DNA from: Candidatus Saccharimonadota bacterium
GTDB lineage: Bacteria; Patescibacteriota; Saccharimonadia; Saccharimonadales; Saccharimonadaceae
NCBI GenBank assembly: GCA_020160975.1
Contig: JAIUPJ010000001.1
Span: 930,001-962,000, forward strand
Direction of reading: 5' to 3'
Length of the DNA: 32,000 nt
Part shown: piece after piece, positions 27,302 to 32,000 of the stretch
Position numbering within the stretch: the stretch's first letter is position 1
Layout: each line of letters begins with the position of its first letter
Notes under the pieces: model-generated
The model's database searches: none
Told to the model about the DNA's origin: nothing
The model's input: only the letters and a program-made list of their open reading frames with translations
Translations under genes and position numbers: made by a program

Positions 27302-29980
27302 TCAGTGGCCATTATATGGAACAGGAGAAGCGCTGGCACTGTAGTACGCCACGTCAGTCACGGTTGCACCGAGATTACAGCTCGAGTTGACTTCTGACAA
27401 GCTAACCGGGAAACTGCCGCTTGCAGAGATAGACTGCGTAGAGATCGTCTGCGAACCACAGGTGACAGTCAGCTTCTGGAGTGCAAATCGACCATTGGTG
27501 ACGTTGACGGTGACGGACTTTGCGCTATTGTTTGGCGTACTGATCGTAACGGTGGGCTGCGCATCGCCGCACTGGTGTGTGTCGTCATTTTCGTTCGGGA
27601 GATAACCGTCGGGAGCAGTGACGATCTCTTTTTTGGTATACGGATCGATAGTTTTGCTAACAGCGATATCGATTTTTGCGCTAGCGGGCGTGCAGTCCGT
27701 CGCCTTTTTTTTGGAAGCTTTGTCGAAGGTCATCGTTGCATTGGTGATTGACTGCGTCTTGTTGTAGTACGACGGATATATCTCATTGCCGATTCGCTGA
27801 ATGCCACTTGGCGCAGTGAACCAGTCGCTGTACTGAGCTTTTCCTTGTTCGACGTAAAGCTTGGTGACATCAGCCATAGTTCGGTCAAAGAACATAGCCG
27901 GAATCAGCGAGTTGCCTTGCCGTAGCGGTGTGGTGTCAGGGTTGCCTAGCCATACTGCCATCGACAGATTTGGCGTGAAGCCAACTGTCCAGATATCTTT
28001 CGGTACGATCTTGCCATAGAGCTCACCATTGCTAGTGCCGGTTTTTGCCGCGGCCTTGACACGAAGGGCGTTGAGGCTAAACAGGTAGTCCTGATTCCAA
28101 CCAAGACCTGCGCGGGCGGCGGAGTCACCCATGATGTCTGCGACGATGTAGGCTGCCTGCGGGTCAATAACTTGTTTGGTTTCAGACTTGTAGCTTTTAA
28201 GGGTCTGCCCTGTGCTATTTGTGACTTTGAGGATGGTGGTTTGTGGCATATAGACACCCATGCGGCCAAGCGAGGCAAACGCATTGACGTGGTCAACAAG
28301 TCGCGTCCCGCAGCCGCCAATAGCGCTCGACAGGCCTGCCTGGGCGTCGGCACCTTGGGTGCAATAATAGGTGTCACCAAGATTGCGAACCGTCTCCCAG
28401 GTGCTGCCTTCTCGGTTTTTTTCGTTGATACCCATTGCCTTAATAGCAGGGATATTGCGCGAACGATCCAACGCAAGGCGAAGGTTGATATTACCCTGGA
28501 ACTTTCCATCGGCATTCTGTGGTTTGTACCCGCCAGGGAAAGTCGTAGCCGTATCGGCAAGGACTGACCCACTACCAAAGTTGGCATTGCCTTCTCCTTG
28601 GTTTTGGAAAAGTTGGGCATACACTAATGGCTTAATCGACGAGCCAGGCTGGATAAATCCAGTCGCCGCATTGTCTTGACCAAATCCAGGGTAGGCAAAA
28701 TCGCGGCTGCCGACCAGCGCAACCAATTGACCGGTCTTAGTGTCTTCAATTGCCGCCGCGCCGTTAGTAAAGCCGGCGTAGTTGGCGCAATTAATATACC
28801 CACAGTTACGATCGGTCATCTCACCGCTGAACATGGCAGTCATACTTTCTTCGAGCTTCGTCTGGACATCGTAGTCCAGCGTGGTTTTGACAGTGAGGCC
28901 ACCGTTGCCGACAACCGTTTTTCCGAGAGTTTTCTCTAGCTGGGTGCGCACCATCAGGACGAAATGCGGTGCTTTGATGCCAGCGAGCTGGTCAGCAAGC
29001 GGCTGAACAGTATCCATAATAGCGACTTTTTTGGCGGCCTCGGCTTCTTCCTTGGTGATGTATTTCATCTCTACCATACCATCGAGAACTTTATGCTGGC
29101 GTTCCACAAGTGCCTCGTGCCCTTCGACGTTATAGGGATTGTAGACCGATGGGTTGTTGGGGATTGCGGCTAGTAGCGCACATTCTGGGAGCGTCAACTC
29201 TTTTGAAGATTTGTGGAAGTAGGTTTGTGCCGCCGACTCGACGCCGTTGCGACGCCCACCGTAGGGTGATTCATTGAGGTAGAGGCCAAGAATTTGGTCT
29301 TTTGGATAGAGCCGCTCGACCTCGATCGCCAGAATCATTTCCTTAATTTTACGGGGAACACCTGCCAGACCGCGCTGCTGTGCTTCGTCGGCAAAGTAGA
29401 CTTGTTTTACCAACTGCTGTGTCAGAGTCGAACCACCCTGGACAGCATTGCCCTGTGAGTTACTGATGAAAGCACGCAGTAGGCCGCTTGGGCTAATGCC
29501 GTTGTGCTGATAAAATTCTTTATCCTCGATAGCGATCGTGGCCTTGCCCATGCAGGGTGAAATTGTTTTTGGATCAACGACAAGCGTGTAATCACCATCG
29601 CCCTTGTCTTCCCAGAGTAGTTTGTCGTTGCGGTCGTAGTATTTTGTGACCGTGGTCTTGACACGCTGAGACAGTGTGCCAGGCCGAATCGCATCGAGAT
29701 CTTTGCGGTAATAAGCAAATAACGCCAATACCATCAGGATGCTAATTGCTAGAAATACCCCGAGGCCCTTGAGTAGCGCCAACGCACCGCGACGGCTAAA
29801 CCAAAATGCAGCAACACGCTTTGGGTGGAGGCGATGAATGATTCGCTTAAGAGGATGCTTGGGGAGCGTGGCGAGATATTCGGCTTTCTTGCGCGCCTTG
29901 GTATCTTTTTTGGTGCGGCGCTTGGTCGCGAGATTTGAGTACACGCTAATGGCGCGTGAAGGCTTCTTCGTTTTTACCAC
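27302..29980 (-). CDS. Class A penicillin-binding protein (glycosyltransferase GT51 + transpeptidase) with a ~180 aa C-terminal extension
   Basis: GT51: EDKEFYQHNGI, GGSTLTQQLVKQ, RKIKEMILAIEVE. Transpeptidase: SSIK (SxxK) and KTGTS. Basic cytoplasmic N-terminus plus a TM segment. GTG start at 29980. Confidence 0.92.
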   Translation of the reverse strand: MVKTKKPSRAISVYSNLATKRRTKKDTKARKKAEYLATLPKHPLKRIIHRLHPKRVAAFWFSRRGALALLKGLGVFLAISILMVLALFAYYRKDLDAIRPGTLSQRVKTTVTKYYDRNDKLLWEDKGDGDYTLVVDPKTISPCMGKATIAIEDKEFYQHNGISPSGLLRAFISNSQGNAVQGGSTLTQQLVKQVYFADEAQQRGLAGVPRKIKEMILAIEVERLYPKDQILGLYLNESPYGGRRNGVESAAQTYFHKSSKELTLPECALLAAIPNNPSVYNPYNVEGHEALVERQHKVLDGMVEMKYITKEEAEAAKKVAIMDTVQPLADQLAGIKAPHFVLMVRTQLEKTLGKTVVGNGGLTVKTTLDYDVQTKLEESMTAMFSGEMTDRNCGYINCANYAGFTNGAAAIEDTKTGQLVALVGSRDFAYPGFGQDNAATGFIQPGSSIKPLVYAQLFQNQGEGNANFGSGSVLADTATTFPGGYKPQNADGKFQGNINLRLALDRSRNIPAIKAMGINEKNREGSTWETVRNLGDTYYCTQGADAQAGLSSAIGGCGTRLVDHVNAFASLGRMGVYMPQTTILKVTNSTGQTLKSYKSETKQVIDPQAAYIVADIMGDSAARAGLGWNQDYLFSLNALRVKAAAKTGTSNGELYGKIVPKDIWTVGFTPNLSMAVWLGNPDTTPLRQGNSLIPAMFFDRTMADVTKLYVEQGKAQYSDWFTAPSGIQRIGNEIYPSYYNKTQSITNATMTFDKASKKKATDCTPASAKIDIAVSKTIDPYTKKEIVTAPDGYLPNENDDTHQCGDAQPTVTISTPNNSAKSVTVNVTNGRFALQKLTVTCGSQTISTQSISASGSFPVSLSEVNSSCNLGATVTDVAYYSASASPVPYNGH

Positions 29981-30093
29981 GTTTATTTACTTCCCATAAG
30001 CAATATTACTTTCATTATATACCAAAACAGCCTGTGCGCGAATTGATTTTTCGTGGTACTATAACTACGATAAATAGAGAGAGGAAACAGCCC

Positions 30094-31305
30094 ATGACAC
30101 TTTCAGAAGAGCTCGCGTGGCGAGGGTTTATCAACCAATCGACCTTCGCTGATATCAAAGAATTGGACGAACAGACCCGGACTTTCTATTGGGGCGTTGA
30201 CCCAAGTGCAGATAGTATGACGATTGGCCACTTAGCGCCAGCGATGATGATTCGGCATTTTATGAACCACGGCTACAAAGCAATTTTACTGGCCGGCGGT
30301 GCTACGGGCATGATTGGTGACCCAGACGGCAAAAAACAAGAGAGAGACTTGAAGTCCCCTGAAGAAATTAGCCGCAATGTTGACGGATTAGTCGCGCAGT
30401 ACAAGACGGTGTTTGCTGGCCAAGAGTTTGATCTTGTGAACAACTACGACTGGTTCCATGAAATTGGCTTTTTGCAGTTTTTGCGTGAGGTTGGTAAGCA
30501 TATGAGTATGACACAGCTGCTCGATCGAGAGTTTATCAAGTCTCGTATCGGTGAAGGCGGCGAAGGGATTAGTTATGCTGAGTTTAGTTATGCGTTGATC
30601 CAGGGCTACGACTTCCTCCATTTATTCCGTGAAAAAGGCGCGACGCTACAGGTGGCGGGCGCCGACCAGTGGGGTAATAGTATCGCCGGCGTGTCACTAA
30701 TTCGCAAACTAGAAAGCGCAGAAGCACATGTCTTTACAACGCCCCTCATTATCAACAAGCAAACAGGAGTGAAGTTCGGCAAGAGCGAGGCGGGCGCCGT
30801 GTGGCTCGATCCTGCCAAGACCAGTCCCTACCAGTTCTATCAGTTTTGGTTGAACTGCGACGACGAGACCAGCGAAGATTTGATAAAAATTTACACTTTG
30901 CTTGGCAAAGATGAAGTAGAGGGTGTCATTGTGTCCCACAAAAGCAATCCCGGAGCACGCTTGTTGCAAAAAACCCTCGCACGCGAGGTTACTGAGCTCA
31001 TACACGGTCGTGAGCGCTGCGAATCAGTAGAGCGGGTCACCGCTGTATTGTTCGGCGGTGAGAACTTCCAGAGTTTGAGCGAAGCAGATATTGATGAGCT
31101 TGCTGCCGAAATCCCAACTGTCAGCAAGCAGACGGTTGTTACAGCTCTTGTCGAATCAGAAGTTGTCGCGAGCAATGGCGAAGCCAAGCGCTTGATCGAA
31201 GGAGGCGGCGTAAGTGTGAATGGTCAAAAAATTACCGATGACCACGATATAACAGAGACAAGTTTAGTCAAAAAAGGCAAAAATAGTTTTGTGCTCGTAC
31301 GCTAA
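30094..31305 (+). CDS. tyrS: Tyrosine--tRNA ligase (403 aa from ATG 30094)
   Basis: DPSADSMTIGHL (HIGH region), KFGKS (KMSKS), C-terminal S4-like domain (AKRLIEGGGVSVNGQKI). SD GAGAGAGGA lies upstream. The ORF-track start at 29956 overlaps the PBP gene and is unlikely. Confidence 0.95.
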   Translation: MTLSEELAWRGFINQSTFADIKELDEQTRTFYWGVDPSADSMTIGHLAPAMMIRHFMNHGYKAILLAGGATGMIGDPDGKKQERDLKSPEEISRNVDGLVAQYKTVFAGQEFDLVNNYDWFHEIGFLQFLREVGKHMSMTQLLDREFIKSRIGEGGEGISYAEFSYALIQGYDFLHLFREKGATLQVAGADQWGNSIAGVSLIRKLESAEAHVFTTPLIINKQTGVKFGKSEAGAVWLDPAKTSPYQFYQFWLNCDDETSEDLIKIYTLLGKDEVEGVIVSHKSNPGARLLQKTLAREVTELIHGRERCESVERVTAVLFGGENFQSLSEADIDELAAEIPTVSKQTVVTALVESEVVASNGEAKRLIEGGGVSVNGQKITDDHDITETSLVKKGKNSFVLVR

Positions 31306-31358
31306 CCTGTGTGATTATGTAGGCTGAGGCACTGATCATATATAACTTGGAGGTAAAA

Positions 31359-32000
31359 ATGAACGATTTGCAAAGCCATCTTTCCGAAGCGGCAGTCAAC
31401 AATATTGAAATATGGCTGACACTGCCGAAGTATGCCGAGTACAAGCAGGAGCTTCTAGCAATGATTGAGGCTAAACGATGGAAAGATCTTGAAGACTCAT
31501 TTTTTAAGGTTATAGAATTTGGGACCGGAGGACGACGGGGTGCAACAGGCGTGGGAAGTAATCGAATTAACCGCGTCACAATTGGCGAATCAACGCAAGC
31601 GCTCTGTCTCTATGCTGCACAAGCTGATTCAGAGGCGCCCACAAAAGGAGTCGTGATCGCCTGTGACACCCGACTAAGCTCACCGGAGCTTAGTCGTTAT
31701 GCAGCTCAGGTAGCTGCAGCCAACGGATTTAAGACATATATCTTCGATAGTTTTCGTGCGACACCCGAACTAAGTTTTGCGGTGAGAGAGCTGGGCTGTG
31801 CAGTTGGTATTGTCATCAGTGCTAGTCATAATCCCCCCGCTGATAACGGCTTCAAAGCGTATTGGAGTGATGGTGGACAGCTTGTCGCACCTCATGACAA
31901 AGGCGTACTTGAAGTAGCAGCAAAGGTCGAAATGATACAATCGCTCGACTCTTACGAAGAAGGTGTCGCTAGCGGGAAGATAACCATAATCTCTAGCGAG
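31359..32000 (+). CDS. Phosphoglucomutase/phosphomannomutase-family protein, N-terminal 214 aa (runs off the window)
   Basis: Not in the ORF track because there is no stop in the window. My own translation from ATG 31359 (SD TTGGAGG 31347-31353) is open to base 32000. It contains the active-site loop GIVISASHNPPADNGFK. Confidence 0.88.
   Translation, partial: MNDLQSHLSEAAVNNIEIWLTLPKYAEYKQELLAMIEAKRWKDLEDSFFKVIEFGTGGRRGATGVGSNRINRVTIGESTQALCLYAAQADSEAPTKGVVIACDTRLSSPELSRYAAQVAAANGFKTYIFDSFRATPELSFAVRELGCAVGIVISASHNPPADNGFKAYWSDGGQLVAPHDKGVLEVAAKVEMIQSLDSYEEGVASGKITIISSE

Noticed and set aside
29981-30093. T-box leader upstream of tyrS
   Set aside because: The spacer is only 113 nt and also has to hold the divergent PBP promoter. 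I see no T-box consensus sequence and no terminator/antiterminator pair.

Overview
Gene-dense window of about 50% GC with roughly 26 protein genes on both strands; many abut or overlap. Gene content and the pilin/PilB style resemble a streamlined, host-dependent bacterium of the Saccharibacteria/CPR type, but that is inference only. Recognisable genes in order: dnaE (3' part), a SpoU/TrmH methyltransferase, pilB, an alpha/beta-hydrolase-like ORF, malic enzyme, rplS, a type IV pilin, rnhB fused to a yraN-type nuclease, a membrane protein, pepN, a membrane-anchored DUF1524 nuclease, the yhhQ-tgt-queA queuosine-salvage cluster, nusA, an SPFH/flotillin-like gene, clpC-lipoprotein-radA-PIN/TRAM, a class A PBP, tyrS and a phosphohexomutase (5' part). 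I saw no rRNA, tRNA, CRISPR array, transposase or integrase. Main observations: (1) a 1.2 kb stretch (13628-14860) has no credible ORF but holds at least 12 perfect hairpins, a nested three-way junction and a mutually exclusive hairpin set. It also contains a self-contained minus-strand unit with a consensus promoter and a 57-nt terminator. This is the best candidate for an undescribed structured-RNA locus. (2) The flotillin-like gene sits in a 62-70% GC block directly after nusA, which suggests horizontal acquisition. (3) A perfect CIRCE (HrcA) operator overlaps the clpC promoter. (4) At least seven genes have a -10 hexamer exactly 6-7 nt upstream of the ATG and no Shine-Dalgarno, implying leaderless mRNAs. 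(5) Four convergent gene pairs share or nearly share stop codons with no terminator between them. (6) RNase HII and YraN are fused into one ORF. All calls come from reading the sequence and remembered family motifs; no searches were run.
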